Assembly: GCA_951406725.2 (NCBI GenBank)
Contig: OX597816.1
Location: forward strand, 134,912,001 to 134,976,000
Direction of reading: 5' to 3'
Source: Octopus vulgaris
Lineage: Eukaryota
DNA: 64,000 bases
In this document: piece by piece, positions 40,795-54,650 of the stretch
Layout: the number at the start of each line of letters is the position of its first letter
How positions within the stretch are numbered: position 1 is the stretch's first letter
The notes under the pieces: model-generated
The model's input: only the letters and a program-made list of their open reading frames with translations
What the model was told of the DNA's origin: nothing
Databases searched by the model: none
Position numbers and translations under genes: made by a program

Positions 40795-41452
40795 TTTTCT
40801 TTATTGGCCACATAGGCCTACACAGAACACACAGGGACGCAAATACAAATCACAAACGGAAGGGATTACCGTGTAAACATATAAAACAATATCAAAACAA
40901 AAACAATAAAATTAAACAATTACAATTCCCCAATAGGTGGGGAGGACTTCCAAGAGAAAACCATGCAAACCCCACAGAAAATTGTGGTTTCTTTGACCAC
41001 TTACTTAGGCAAGTGCTTCCTCTCTTTCTTACTCCATTCAGAAGCACATGCTCAGAGCAGGCCCGTTCACACGAACTATGCTCGCCACACTCATCCATCT
41101 TTCAATAAATTTGCTACAAGGTAGCACCTCCCTCCCCACTCTGATCCGCCTCTTCAAGTGGAACCGGAAAAATTGATCAGAGATTCGCTAGAGAGGAAAG
41201 TCCCCGTCTTCAGCACTTTCAGTCTTGTCTACCACATAAACCTCTTTCGCCATGGCCATCAGGCAGATGAAAACTGCCCGGCCTTCCCGACCAAAGTAAG
41301 AGGGTGGAGCAATCTTAACAATAGATTCGATTGAAAGCCAGATCCATACGACATGCGACAGAAAGTGCTTGACATAATCCTACACGTCAGAAATTGTCGG
41401 GCACTGGACGAGTGCATGCAGAACGGTTTCATCGCTCGGCATACATCTCGGG
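40795..41452 (-). mobile_element. L1/Tx1-type LINE 3' fragment
   Basis: Minus strand PRCMPSDETVLHALVQCP (C-terminal CCHC knuckle of L1/Tx1 ORF2). Ends ccaataaagaaaa. Confidence 0.65.
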
Positions 41453-41616
41453 TTTACTTGGTACAGCACGCATATTGCGTAAAGTACTGTCTGAGGTCCT
41501 TGTTGTGACTTGACAGACAGTACAAACCCCAGTAGATACAATATCTTCAATCAACAACATCACTATATTGGATACTGTGTGACCTCTTTAAAAAAAATAA
41601 TAATAATAATGATAAT

Positions 41617-42176
41617 AAATGCCCTGATGCAGTACCAGGCAGTGGCTCTCATGGCTTCTGATCTTAACTGATTGGAAGTGTTATCATGTACATTGTTTTG
41701 TCTTGGTATAAAAGATGGGCTACAGCAAATATTCTGCTCAATACCACAGATTTGCTTGTCAGTTGTTTGACCTTAACCAGTTGAGCATGTCCCTTAGTGG
41801 CTGACGATATGTGCATCTCTGATCACGAGCAGAAGTAGTGGGGGAGCATCATGGCCATGTGTTGAGGGGGATTCTTTGGGGTTTGAATAATTCACCTCTG
41901 GAAACATGGGTGGTTCTTTCAACATCTTTAAACAACCCTTATTCAGGGACCTTTTGAGCGGGATGGGCTACTCAACCTGAAGAAAATTCTAACTGGGCCC
42001 CACCTGCAAGGTCATGTGCTGTTTATCTTGATATGAGATCACCATGTCGCGCACATATGGTTGTGATGCATGTGCCTGGTGTACCTTTATCAGACTGGTA
42101 GTCATGATGGGTATATTGGGCTTCGTATATTTTACCCCAGTGTCACTTTGATGGCATGCACTGCTCTCTCACTCAA
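41617..42176 (+). mobile_element. Interspersed repeat embedded in (AAT)n, probably a LINE 3' end (Dong/R4-like targeting)
   Basis: (AAT)n on both sides. Partial copies at about 10300-10400 and 51525-51665. The clade is inferred only from the target. Confidence 0.5.
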
Positions 42177-42197
42177 TAATAATAATAATGATAATAA

Positions 42198-42390
42198 TAA
42201 TCCTTTCTACCAGAGGCACAAGGCTTGAAATTTTGGGGGAAGGAGCCAGTTGCTTAAATCGACCCCGGTGCATAACTGGTACTTATTTTATTGACTCCGG
42301 ATGGATGAAAGGCAAAGTGACCTCGACAGAATTCGAACTTTCACCATAAAGACAGGCGAAATACCGCTAAGCATTGCCCAGCGTGCTAGC
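42198..42390 (-). mobile_element. SINE family B copy
   Basis: actggtacttattttattgac...ggatgaaaggcaaagt...gaaataccgctaagcatt. Confidence 0.7.
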
Positions 42391-42946
42391 AATAACAACT
42401 GCACATTTCATATAGGTTAAATGTAATCCTGATTTTATCCTTATTACTAATAACCCAAACTCCATTAGTATTTACATTGTGATCGTGGTTTACTTCCGTC
42501 ATTAATTATAGTGTGATCCAGGTTCTACACTATCATTATCTGCATTGTGGAAGCTCTCAGCCGTCACTGTTATGTTCCAAATTCTGTCCCTATCTATCTT
42601 GGACAACTCTGCTCCATTTAATTGTACATTGATCCACTTTCTTCCCCAGCATATTGTATCCAGAGTTAAGCCTTCAGACAAGCAAAATTAATCTGTAAGT
42701 CTCAGGTTTCGATTATTTTGAAGTTATACATTTTATAGCAAAGGCATCACCCGTTCAGCACAAGTCTTCTGCATACTAAAAGCCAGTTTATGTAAATATA
42801 AGGTTGGGGCAATTTTATTTAAAATTTTAAGTTTGAAAAATGTAATTTAAGTATATATTTCTATTGTGATTGATAGAAAACTTTGTTCATCCAAATATGT
42901 TTTATTGTTGAATTTATTGAGTATTGTTATTTATCTTCTTACTTAG

Positions 42947-43124
42947 AGACAAGTCGGGTTTGATGAATTGGGCCGTCCAGTTATCTATTCCAGTTTCATA
43001 CAGACAACCGCACGGAAAATCACAGTCGAAGATTCTATCAGACATGTGACGTACCTTATTGAAAATGCCAAAGTAACAATGAGACCTGGTGTTACCACGT
43101 GGGTGTTCATCATTGATTGCACAG
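42947..43124 (+). CDS. CRAL-TRIO/SEC14-like protein, internal exon
   Basis: Acceptor cttcttacttag, donor gtattc. RQVGFDELGRPVIY...WVFIIDCTG (G.D..GRPV and IID..G motifs). Phase 0 in, phase 1 out. Confidence 0.92.
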
Positions 43125-44279
43125 GTATTCGTATGACTCTTTATGCTTAGTTTCATGCACACGATGATAATTATGATAGCTGTAATAGTAGTGAAAATAC
43201 TGACGATTTAACGACACACATGCGAACATATATTCATGCGTGAATGCAACCACTCATATTTTCTGACATGAGCACATAATCCTCTCAAGTATTTATTTAT
43301 TTCATACAATCATATAAACATACATCTATACACAAACATTCAAAGAACATTTTTCTTTCTCACACTCTCCTAATCATTCTCTTATTCCTTCGATAAACAA
43401 ATAGATCCCTTAAATCCGAGCTCGTACATAATGCTGTTGACTTTCAATTTATATAGTTTGCTTTATCGATTTTTTTTCATCCATTCCACAAAGAATTCAA
43501 TGAATTTATGTTAAGTTCTGATTTTGTCATCAGATATTATTGATTTTTTTTTATCGATTATTATCTTGATTGTTTCGTTATTATTTCTTCTGCCAAGATT
43601 ATTTTTGTTGTTCACCTTCATTGTATATTAGAAGTTGTAAATTTGAGATAATGTTCGACTATCTTAAGAAAAATGTGTCAACATACACATGTATCCCACA
43701 AGTTGCAAATATTCACTCAAGCAACTTAAGAGTGGAGATACTCCAACGAATTTCAAATATTCAGAAAATTTCAACCAATTCGATAAGAGATACAGTCCAA
43801 TTTGATCTGCTAGAACATTGGTTACTAAAAAATATATATCTGCAATTGAGAAAAGACCGACTCTGCACAAGGCATATGACAAGATACAGTATCCTTGGCT
43901 AAACACTTAACTCTTACCGTTCTAGCAGCACCTCGGAATAGATACAACACACTGTTGTAAATTGTTTCATCTGTTTCTAGAGCCAAGTTCTTGTCCTAAA
44001 GTGACAAGAAAACATTCCGGCATATTCTTCCATGAAAAGACTGCATCATCAGTTGTCACCATGGTTCAATGTCCTTTTTTTTAAAAAATGCAATATTTAT
44101 TTGAGGATATTTTCATTCCTCTTTATATAAGTCTGATTATTTTACCTCAATGTTTTCAATAATGAGAATAAAATATATTCATGAAATTTATCTACAGTTT
44201 GGATTAGACCCCCATTGACTGACTCAAGAACATAACCAATGATGGTTATATATATTACTGATGGTCTAGTTTTCATAAT

Positions 44280-44805
44280 TACCATAAATCCTTAAGTATA
44301 ATCCACATTTTTTCCCCAAAATTTAAAGGTCAAAATCCCTAGTGCGTACTATATGCGAGGTTAAAAATGAAGAATATTTTCAAAGCAATGTCCAAGTCTC
44401 TATTTGCTGTCCGGCAATGTTTATTCAGACACATTTTGTGATGTTGGGTGTGAAAATGCCTTAAGCTAAGCCTGAAAGCAATGGAGGAATAAAAGAATCA
44501 TCCATAACTTGCAGAAAGCAACATTTATTAAAATAAAAGTATTCAGAACACAGAATAACATGTAACAAAAACAATTTGCAAACATATTTACGTTCCCATA
44601 TAACAGTTGAGAACATCACCATTATTGTATTATGCATGCGCGAAAGTGTTTGTTCGACTAGGTGCTGCTGGCTTAATTACGCACGACTCCAGTTAGAGAA
44701 GAAGTGTGTATTATACACAAGGTTTAGGTTTTACAGAGGTACAGCCCCCTAAAAATCCCCTGCGTATTATACTCAAGGGCGGACTATACTCGAAGATTTA
44801 CAGTA
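44280..44805. mobile_element. Non-autonomous Tc1/mariner-superfamily (pogo/Tc2-like) element
   Basis: TA-flanked imperfect TIRs taccataaatccttaagtataatcc / ggactatactcgaagatttacagta. Confidence 0.7.
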
Positions 44806-45483
44806 TATAGTCCAATTTCAGTTCATGATTATCTAAATAGATGTGGAATGTTGATGAGACAAACATATTTAAGAGATTGATAGAGAAGAAGCAGATCAGT
44901 ATAAGTGCTGTAAAATATGTCCCCTTCAGGTTGAGTTCATAATGTTTCTTCTTTATTTGCATAGCTAATAATATTTGCAGAGATACAACTCTTTTCATTC
45001 CACCAGATGTAAATCAGTGTAATAATTAATCCAGTGATAGGTATCTCTGATTATGATTAGGCAAATAAACAAGAAGCATATTTAGTATGACTAATTGTTT
45101 CAAAGATTACATATTAATCTCAGCTTCGTTAATAACACAGCCAAAACTTCCCAGTTTCACTGATCCATTTAAATAACCATTTTTAGATAATTTTGCAAGA
45201 GTACCCAACAGTTAATAATTCAGTGTGCCCAATTACCATAGTTTTGGTACCTCAGTTGCTTTTGTTTCATTGTCATCTCACTGTCAGTGTCTATAGATAT
45301 TACTCTGATTTTAAATAAACTCTCAAACCAGAATAACATTTCCATAAAATTCTCTTTATGTTCAGTTAATTGGGTATCCTTTACAGACAAAAATATTTCT
45401 ATAAAATATTAATGAGTTTGAATGTAAGATAATTAAAATTGAGAAATATAATTCTAACTATAATTTGCTTTTTTTCACTTCAG

Positions 45484-46118
45484 GCTTGAGACTTCCTTTA
45501 TGCAACCCACGCCTCGGTTATGGTGTTACTCAGATCATGTCCAACCACTATCCCGAACGTCTCGGCATGGTGATATGCCTTAACCACAGTCCAGTCTTCC
45601 AGGGCGTATGGAGAGCTATAAAAGCCTTCTTACATCCAAATACTGTAGCCAAGATGCTCCTCATTCGCTCTAGAAGCAAGGTACAGCAAACGTTCAGTAA
45701 ATATTTCTCCCCTGAACTTACTCAATGGCTTCTCGAAGAAATTCGACTCAACAAACAAAAGCCATTTCCAGTTTCACAAAAGACATTTTGGAATAAACCT
45801 GCCAAAAATGGTGATCACGACCCAAGAGGCTGTGCATCCTATGTTGCTAACTTCATTGAACCTTACTCAGAGAAAAGCCTCATATTAATTCCTGGCTTTC
45901 ACAAACCACATCCTACTATTTTAGACAGCATCCGGGGCGTGTTGGATTCAGATAAAGAAGCTTCTTTAGATTCATCAGAACTCGAGTCAAATTCACCGTT
46001 ACCTGCTGATGAGGAAGATACCTTATTATACAGTGACGATGAACTTTCAAATGTGGCTGATATCACTATTGATGAAGAATTTCAAATTCCTAAAGATTCA
46101 ATTCCTATAAGATCTTAA
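45484..46118 (+). CDS. CRAL-TRIO/SEC14-like protein, last exon
   Basis: Acceptor ttttcacttcag, phase 1 consistent. MSNHYPERLGMVICLNHSPVFQGVWRAIKAFLHPNTVAK (HYPERL...N.P..F..W..IK.FL...T..K motif), acidic C-terminus, TAA at 46116-46118. Confidence 0.95.
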
Positions 46119-47787
46119 ACGTATTTTTCCAATGTTTTATTTCAGATTAACTTAAATAACACCATATTGAATCTAATTTCATGAAATTATGTTTTATTTA
46201 GAGTAAATTCCATAAAATTAATATGGCATGTGGTCTTCAAGCTTTGCTATTTGACATGTTTTAATTCATTGATGAAACTATACATTTTGTCTTTTAAGCT
46301 AAGATTGAGGGTTTTCTCCTTAAGGCCATCTAGATATAAAAAAGACATATAGTAAGGTAATCAATTATAAAGTATTAGTATTAGAAATTTTGCTACAGTA
46401 AAATTTTGCATGTAGATCATATAGGTAATTGTGAACCAAAAACAACTTTTATCAATGAAAATTAAAAATATGATAAAAAAATCTTTAGTGATAATAAGAA
46501 TTTCTGATCCAGGCCCTTGTGCAACTTATTAGTATGTTAGGAGTTAATAAAGAAAATGAAAGAAAAAAAAAATCAAATGTGAAACACTTTTAAAAGTTAT
46601 AAAAGGATCAATGCTAGTCTTAAAAGAATTAAGTTCATATTTAACTGTGGAACAAGTTTTGCTTGCTTTTGAATTTGACCAAGGAGGAGAAAAATAGTAC
46701 AAGGAACACCAGCTTGAATGTGAAAGTATTATTCCATGCAAGGATAAATAAACTTAAACAGATGAATATACTTGGAAGAAAGATAATAGTCATTTTGTTA
46801 TAGAGAACCATACTTCAAAGCAGCTGAATTAATAATAGACCTAATACAATTCCAGATAAGATCTTTAGAAATCATTAAACCTAGTAGGTGAAGACTAAAA
46901 ACTAGAGAAGACTGTAAGACACAGAAGTAGGAGTATCATCAGAGTCCCTGTAACGATTAATGGAAAGAAGTTTAGTTTTTGTAAGAAGGACAAGAGGAAC
47001 TTGGCAATTTAAATTGATTAAAACATTAACTGGAGATATGCAATGGGCTGTGTATTTTTAATTCTTGGTAAGAATGATAACTCTGGATATGTTTCAGTTG
47101 TATTAGACTGTACTTCACTGACATAACAGACCTTAGAATAACTGAAAGAATATAATTTTTACATGAAATTATTCACTGATTATGTAATATAATCAACTGA
47201 TGCTGGAAATTTTCCCAGGGAATACACTTCTTGAAAAGAACTGTTATTAATGCTAATGAGTTTTTTTTTTTATAATTATGGATACATTTTGACTAAAACT
47301 CCTTTTGAGCCAACTACATTGTTAGCCTGCACTTAACTATATGTTCTACATAATAGCATCCCTGGAAAAATTTCTATTGTAATTATTTTAAATTGTCTTA
47401 TAAGTCATCCTAAAATCTGTTAAGTACACGTTAGAGATTATATTACTGAAAAAATCTAAGACTGAAACAAGTGCAAAGTTGTTACTGTACCTACCACATA
47501 TCAGACTCACTCCCTATAGGATATCTTCATGAATATTCAGTTAAAATTTCAGACTTCCTTCCTTTATCATTCCTGACAAGTATTGTTTCTAATGCCATTT
47601 TGCATTTTTTTTTTTTTAAATTTGATTAAAAATTATACCTTGTGTAACTTTGCACTAAACTATATAATATAGTGCGAATGGTTTATCATATGCTTCTACA
47701 CAACTCATTGAAATTGAACTTACCTTACTCTGCTATGAACTCTCACAGAGCTTGAACTTTTGATTCAGTATTCAAATTTTATATATA

Positions 47788-47864
47788 CAGGGTGTCCAGA
47801 CAGTTTCGCCTGATTGTATATGTACAGTAAAATAAAAATCAGGCGAAGCTTTCTGGACACCCTG
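47788..47864. mobile_element. 77-bp hairpin MITE (Tc/mar-type ends)
   Basis: cagggtgtccagacagtttcgcctgatt / aatcaggcgaagctttctggacaccctg. Confidence 0.75.
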
Positions 47865-48390
47865 TGCATATATTTATATATACATAAATAAACTTGGAGT
47901 AAAAAGTTTCCACAAAATTTTCTCAGCAAAGAAACATGTATTACTATAAAACTTGAGGCTAATTTTTGACCAAAAGCAAGGTGTTATTTTATATTTCATT
48001 GGTAATAAGTTGTTAAAATCAACATAACATATTTTGCAACATTGTAAATCTTCACAGTAAATCAATCCTTCTTGCAGGAAGCATTTTAAGGCCAATAATG
48101 AAAGATCTGAAAAAAACAATGTTTTAACAGCACTCTTAGCTAAAGCCTGAGGTAGATCAGATATACTGAGACTATAGATGCCCATAATATATTTAGCCAT
48201 GTATTGTTTGATTTTCAGCAGCTAAAAGGAAAAGAATAAGAAACAAACACAGTGTATTCACAAGGACTAAAAGTACTGAGACATTAAAATGTTTCCATGA
48301 TAAACTACAAAAATATAGTTTAAAATATTCTGTTGCTTTCAAGAAGATAAGTACAAAAACAAATGAGTTCATTGCATCTTAAAAGTTAAA

Positions 48391-48396
48391 TTTATT
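48391..48396 (-). terminator. Candidate polyadenylation signal of MDP1
   Basis: tttatt (AATAAA on the minus strand) about 240 nt after the stop codon. Confidence 0.45.
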
Positions 48397-48631
48397 CTTT
48401 TACATAATAAATATTTCATAAAAACTGAAAACATATGTTAAGGTCTGATCAGGTTGGTTTTAAACTTCAGCCATTTTCATCCAGGCAAAATTCAAATTTG
48501 AATGCAACATGTATATAACAATATGTGCTATAGTAAACCTTCATTTTTTGTATAAAAACAGAGGATGAAAGGATTTTGCAAAAGTCTAACATTAAATAAT
48601 AGAAACAGTTACAGAAGATTTCCATAAAAGG

Positions 48632-48735
48632 CTAGGATGCAGCTTTTTTCTTGTTTTCAGCAAATTTTTTTAGTCCTTCTTCCATCACTTCTTTAGTAAC
48701 TCCAGTATCCTTATGTACATGAATTGCTGTTACAC
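48632..48735 (-). CDS. MDP1: Magnesium-dependent phosphatase 1, last exon
   Basis: Acceptor ttttgtag. GVTAIHVHKDTGVTKEVMEEGLKKFAENKKKAAS*. Phase 1 consistent. Confidence 0.9.
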
Positions 48736-49262
48736 CTACAAAATTAAAAAAAAAACACAAACTAAATATATAATCTTTTTCCTTTCCATCCATTAAATAT
48801 TCATAGTATTATTTCCTTCCCATCATCAACTCCCACCCAGTACAAGTTAACATTTTCATTGCAGTTACATTCATATATGGTTAGTCCAAGTATTCCCTTA
48901 ATACCACTTGACTAACACTGCGTTTTTGCAACAAACTTAACCACTATACAGGGATCCTACTTACCTTCCTTGCAATTTATGATTATCCCTCCCTATTTAC
49001 TTTTTTGAAGAAGCATGATTTTGTTAGTTAACTATGTAGGTTCTAACCACTAAGTATACACATGCTTAACCATCTTCTTCCAGTTGCCTTCATTCAAACG
49101 CCATACAGCATTCAAAATTACCTTAAAGTTCTTAAATTTATCTACAAGAATGAGAATAGTGAAATCTGTGATTAAAGCCTTCAATAATAATCTCTAATTT
49201 TAACCTTTGTCAAATGGTGTCCTACACTACATCAGTATGTCAATAATATTACTGTGGTGTCT

Positions 49263-49470
49263 AAGGTGGTGAGCTGACAGAATCATTACCACACCAGGAA
49301 AAATGCTTGGCAGTATTTCTTCCCACTTTACATTCTGAGTTCAAATGGTTGACTTTGCCTTTCATCCTTTCAAGGTCGATAAAATATGTACCAGCTAAGT
49401 AATGGGGGTCGATGTAATTGACTTACACCCTCTCATGAGATTGCTGACCTTGTACCCAAATTTGAAACCA
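49263..49470 (+). mobile_element. SINE family B copy, CpG-depleted
   Basis: aaggtggtgagctgacagaatcattacc...ttctgagttcaaat...gcctttcatcctttc. Confidence 0.75.
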
Positions 49471-50324
49471 TACTGTTAGCATCTAGTTTGAATTCAAGAA
49501 TATCATCCGATATTTCTTGCTTCATTACTGTCATTTTCTTATTTCTTCTTTCTTATACACATATAAAAGAATAACAACAACAAAAAAAAACATACATATG
49601 AACCTTTCTCATATCTGCAAAGATTCTACACACACCACTTAATGAAATGAAGGAACATAAAGAAAAAGTCTTTAGTATGATGAATATAAAACACAGCAGT
49701 TTTCTTTTCAGCCATCAAATGCTTCCTTTATTTGAATTGGCAACTAATTTTCTCTCAAAACTATACTCTATCTTTGAAAAAGGAAGACACATGGGTAATA
49801 TAGCTCTAGATATATTAAATCTGGAGACAAAAAGGTGGAACAATAACAGCTGGAATATCTTCTCTCATGGGTTTAACTGGTCAGAGATGACCTTGGGCTA
49901 AACAGCAACAGGAGCTAAATTTCAAAATATTCCTACAAATTCCAGAGCAGTTTGCTGAGTCCATAGCCTTCATTTCACTACTATCCTATGATTAAACGGT
50001 TCTTGCATCTAGGACATATGTCATGCTCTGACCTAGTTCACATTGCTTCTGTGGCCACCACCAAAAACTATTGCAATACTAGAAATAGCAACAAAATCTT
50101 CCTCAAATCATACCCTTCCATTTTACAAAAAGATGAAACAGTAGATAACATGGTTCTAGATACAGTATCAGAAATTATAGCTGGAATGATACTGATCACA
50201 GAGCTGGTCAAAATAGACAAAAATAATAATAGGTTGAAGAGAAAAAATATCTTGTGTATATATGTTGGGAATAATATATACATGCCTGAGTGTGTGTGTA
50301 TGTATAGGTGAAAGTGTGGTATAT

Positions 50325-50704
50325 AGGTGCAGGTATGGCTGTGTGGTAAGAAGTTTGCTTCCTAACTACATGGTTCCAGGGTCTGTCCCACTGAGTGGCA
50401 CCTTCGGCAAGTGTCTTCTACTATAGCCCTAGGCTGACCAGAACCTTGTGAGTGGATTTGGTAAATGAAAATTGAAAGAAGCCTGTTGTGTACATATATA
50501 TAAATATGTGTGTGTGAGTGTTCTTGTTTGTTTGTCCACCACTACTTGACAACCAGTGTTGGTGTGTTTACATCCCTGTAACTTAATGGTTCAGCAAAAG
50601 AGACTGATAGAAGTACTAGGCTTTAAAAAAATAAGTCTTCTGTGTCAATTTGTTCAACTAAAACCATTCAAAACAGTGCCCCAGCACTAGAACAAGTAAA
50701 AGAC
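50325..50704 (+). mobile_element. SINE family A copy, CpG-depleted
   Basis: aggtgcaggtatggctgtgtggtaag...ggcaagtgtcttctactatagcc...aacaagtaaaaga. Confidence 0.8.
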
Positions 50705-51186
50705 ACCTTTATAAACTTTTGCAAGGAAAAGATTTCAGCTTGCTTACTTTCTGATTGATGAAAGCAAATCAAAACTTTGAAGTCACTATCAGCCTTTTCC
50801 TTTGTAAAAGTTCATAAATATGAAAAGTATTGAGTAATCTTTCAGTTTAATGTTAAATTGTTTTTATATATAGCTTGATACAAAAAACAAACATTAATAT
50901 GTGTGTGTGTGTGTGGATGGCATATGAGAACAGGCATAACTGAGTGGTCAAGAATTTTAGTTCAAATCTTGAAATCTCAGACATGATCACACTGCATGGT
51001 ATCTTAAGCATGAGTCTTTTATGACAAACTCAGTTCAAACTACGTCTTGTGAGTGAGATTAGATAAACAGAAACTATATAGATACCCATTCAATGGACTG
51101 TGCCATCTTTGTCAAACATCTTTGTCATAGTGCTATGTTGATTCTGTCTGAAAATGTCTGGAATACTCAGTTGCTTACTCTATAAC

Positions 51187-51337
51187 ACTCTTTCTCTTTA
51201 CTCTTTTACTTGTTTCAGTCATTTGACTGCGGCCATGCTGGAGCACCGCCTTTAGTCAAGCAAATCGACCCCGGAACTTATTCTTTGTAAGCCCAGTACT
51301 TATTCTATCGGTCTCTTTTGCCAAACTGCTAAGTGAC
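51187..51337 (-). mobile_element. SINE family A 3' fragment
   Basis: ctcttttacttgtttcagtcatttgactgcggccatgctggagcaccgcc. Confidence 0.8.
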
Positions 51338-51916
51338 TGTGTAACAAATTTTTTTTGTCTTTGGTCAGTAAGTGTTATTTCCTATTTGCTTCAATCTAGA
51401 AATAAAAGGAAATGACTACTATTACCTTCAAACCTTGCTTTTGTGACCTAGACATCAATATTTTGAAACTGACCTACTTTCCATTACATTTCAAGTAGAT
51501 TCAGTGCTGAGTTACAGAAATATTGTTATAGCAAACAGTCTGCTCAATACTACAGATTTGCTTGACCTTAACCATTTGAGCATGTCCTTTAGTGGCTATC
51601 ATGAGCAGGAGTGTAGGAGGGCATCATAGTCATATGCTGATAAGAATTATTTGGCATTTGAATAAATGGAACAAAAGTAAATTTAGAAGGAAATATTAGC
51701 CATTTTCCATACTTTCTAGGAGTAAGCAACTAGGAAATAACAGTCGCTACCCAAGGACAAAAATTGTGTTACACAGTGTAATTCAAAGGAGAATCAATAT
51801 TCATTCATGCAAGATCCAGTTTTGTTTTTCTCTTTCACATGTTAAGACACATACACAAAAACACGCATGTAAAAATGAAATGATGAAGCAATGAATTTAT
51901 TAAAATATATTCTTAC

Positions 51917-52002
51917 CTATGTTACCAACAGCTGTTACATTCCTCCCTTCATCATCAAAGAATAACATATCTTCATATGGGATGTTGCTGTGTTTATGAA
52001 AC
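51917..52002 (-). CDS. MDP1: Magnesium-dependent phosphatase 1, exon with HAD motif IV
   Basis: Acceptor ctatcaag, donor gtaaga. QFHKHSNIPYEDMLFFDDEGRNVTAVGNIG (FFDDE.RN). Confidence 0.93.
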
Positions 52003-54137
52003 CTTGATAGCAAAATAAAAGACTTTTCTGTGAGGTTGTCTGTTTTCACCCCCTTTTGATTCTATTAGCTTTATTTTATTAGAATATAATATAAATAAAA
52101 TGGTATAAGTCTAAATGGTTGGACTCATCACAAACTGAAATTGCTGCTAACAACTGGAATTTCTTCTTGAGTTAGTAAAAAGTTATGTGAACTTAATGTA
52201 TTGAAATAAAGTCTACATTTTTCTCATAGCATGGTTTATAGTGTGTGTGTGTGTGTTTGAGTAAAGGTTTACATACATACACTGACTGCAATTATTGCTG
52301 AGGTTACCCACAGGACAGCCCTGGTCTCTTAATCATGCTCAATGCATCCAGGACCACACTATCTCATGTTTCCTTTTATAACAAATTAGAGCATAATGTG
52401 AGAGATGCAAGCTATTTCTAGTAAGCAGTAAGCTGAGTGACCATATAAAAGTTCCCTTGTTGGATTGTGATGTGTCTGCGCATGTGCACAAGCATGGCTA
52501 TGCAAACACACACAAGCCATATAAGCAAGGTTGTATACATTTCTGAGTCATGATCTTAAGCCATACACTGACATTTATCATTTAAAGGTTATTCTCAGAA
52601 AGTAGGTTAGTTGCCCTTAGACCATTCATAATGACTCAGACTGGAGGTCAGGGATAACTTGTGCAACCGTGACATGATTGAACATCAGTATAAAAGTCTG
52701 CAGGTTGTTTAGAATAAAACATGGGCTAATTCTGAGAGAGAAATATTAAAATATAAATATGAGCCAAGTGTGCGAGATACCATGCTAGAAGTAATGGCAG
52801 ATGTTGTGTACTGATAGATACATTTGTAAGTGATATGGAGGTAACAAGTTCAAGCAAACAACGACTGTGTGTAGAATGGTTTGTGTTACAACAGTGTACA
52901 TCACACTAACATCCTCAGTGTTAGAGTGATGTATACATTGGTCTTCACATCACTATAAGCCTACAAAAAGTTATACAGCATTGGACCATTAGGACTTTTC
53001 TATCAGATAATTGGGTTTTCCGTGGGAGGAAGGAGTAACAGGTAAGGAAGATGACCAGTTCTATCAAACCTTTGTGAGAATTATCTCAAAGGAATATCCA
53101 ACTGAGATATTGTATTGATCCCTCTTATCTGCCCCAACACAGTATAATTTTGCCCTGTTGTCCGATCAGCCAGTACTCCCTCTCATCACCCACGATTACC
53201 TTTATCCACCTCTGATATTACCAGTCACATCTTTCGATTCTACTCTGAAATATTCATGCCTTTCTTCCATCATATACTCTTTCTCCTTCCACTCTCCTAG
53301 TTTCTCTCCCTGTTTAAAAGAGCAAATGTACACACTCTAGGTTATTCACTCTAATTCCAGCCTTCTCAATTACCCTTTTTGTTGTCATTGCTCCTTCTCC
53401 TATTCCCTCAAATTACATGCCATAGCATACTGAGCACTCTTTAACACCGTACTGGTGCTAGGATGGAACCTGCCATGCTCCCTCCATAGGTGAATAATGA
53501 ACAAGACTACATTTCTAATGATGATGCTACAAAAAAAAATGTAAAGTGGTTGACAAATGAGCAAAGAAACTGTAGAAACCAAGCCAAATGACGTGTGTGA
53601 GCACCAGCCTTTAGGATAGGAGTAGATCTCATTAAAAAATGATACAGAACATGAAGACCCATCCAACCCCTACCAGCACAAAAAGCATACATAATGATGA
53701 AAATAAAGGTATTTTAAAGGCCATGATTGTAAATATCATTGTGTGTGTGTGTATTATATATATAGAGAGATAGAAAGAGAGAGAGGGGCAATTATGCAGC
53801 TAAATAAATGAAATACATTAAATATATCAAATATAATAGTTTGGGTATGAAATAGAAAATATGTATATACGTATAGATGCAAAATGAGAGAAAGCAAAAG
53901 CTGGAGACTTTCAGATGATGAATTTATATTAATAGGTTCAATTTACACAGTGAAAATTAACAGGGTGGAAGAATATATATATATAAATATATAATAATAA
54001 TAATAATAATAATGAAATTATTGTATACAGTGCTCAGGTGCACCACAGCTTGTCAGAAAGTGCGTATAAAGTATATGCAGTAATGTACAAATATCTGGAA
54101 AGCGAACAATGTATGAGTCAGATACATGCTTCTATAT

Positions 54138-54388
54138 AAAAACAACTTATAAACAAGAGCAAAAGAAAAAATTCTAATGCCAAATATGCCGAAAACAGAC
54201 TTAAATCATCAATAACCATATAAATCATCACTATAAGCACAAATTATATGGTCATTGACGATTTACGTCTGTTTTTGGCATTAGAATTTTTTCTTTTGCC
54301 CTTGTTTATAAGCTGTTTATAAATTTAACCTCTAAAGGTATTTTTTAATATGCTAACCATTGATAGAATTTTTTTCGAAAAATTTTAT

Positions 54389-54390
<2 letters not shown>
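54138..54390 (+). repeat. Fold-back fragment (~80-bp inverted arms plus ~70-bp tail) ending in (TA)n
   Basis: 54138-54223 is the reverse complement of 54244-54320, with a small internal duplication. Confidence 0.7.
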
Positions 54391-54438
<48 letters not shown>

Positions 54439-54608
54439 AATAATAGTTATCGCCATACTAATATGGCATTCTTATAAAAATAAGAAAAAAGCTGTCCGCT
54501 TATTAGCTCCATGAGGCCATCGCCTTAAGTTAGCTATTTGATACACAAACTGTATCCATATAACCTTTGAACAAGGGAGGTCAGTCGCTCCACACTACTT
54601 GACCGGCA

Positions 54609-54650
54609 GCTACAGACGCGTTTCGGGGTATTGCCCCTTTTCAATGCAGC
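54609..54650 (-). ncRNA. Minimal type I hammerhead ribozyme motif, U3/A8 core (inverted-arm copy)
   Basis: Reverse complement of the 55022-55063 motif. Confidence 0.8.
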
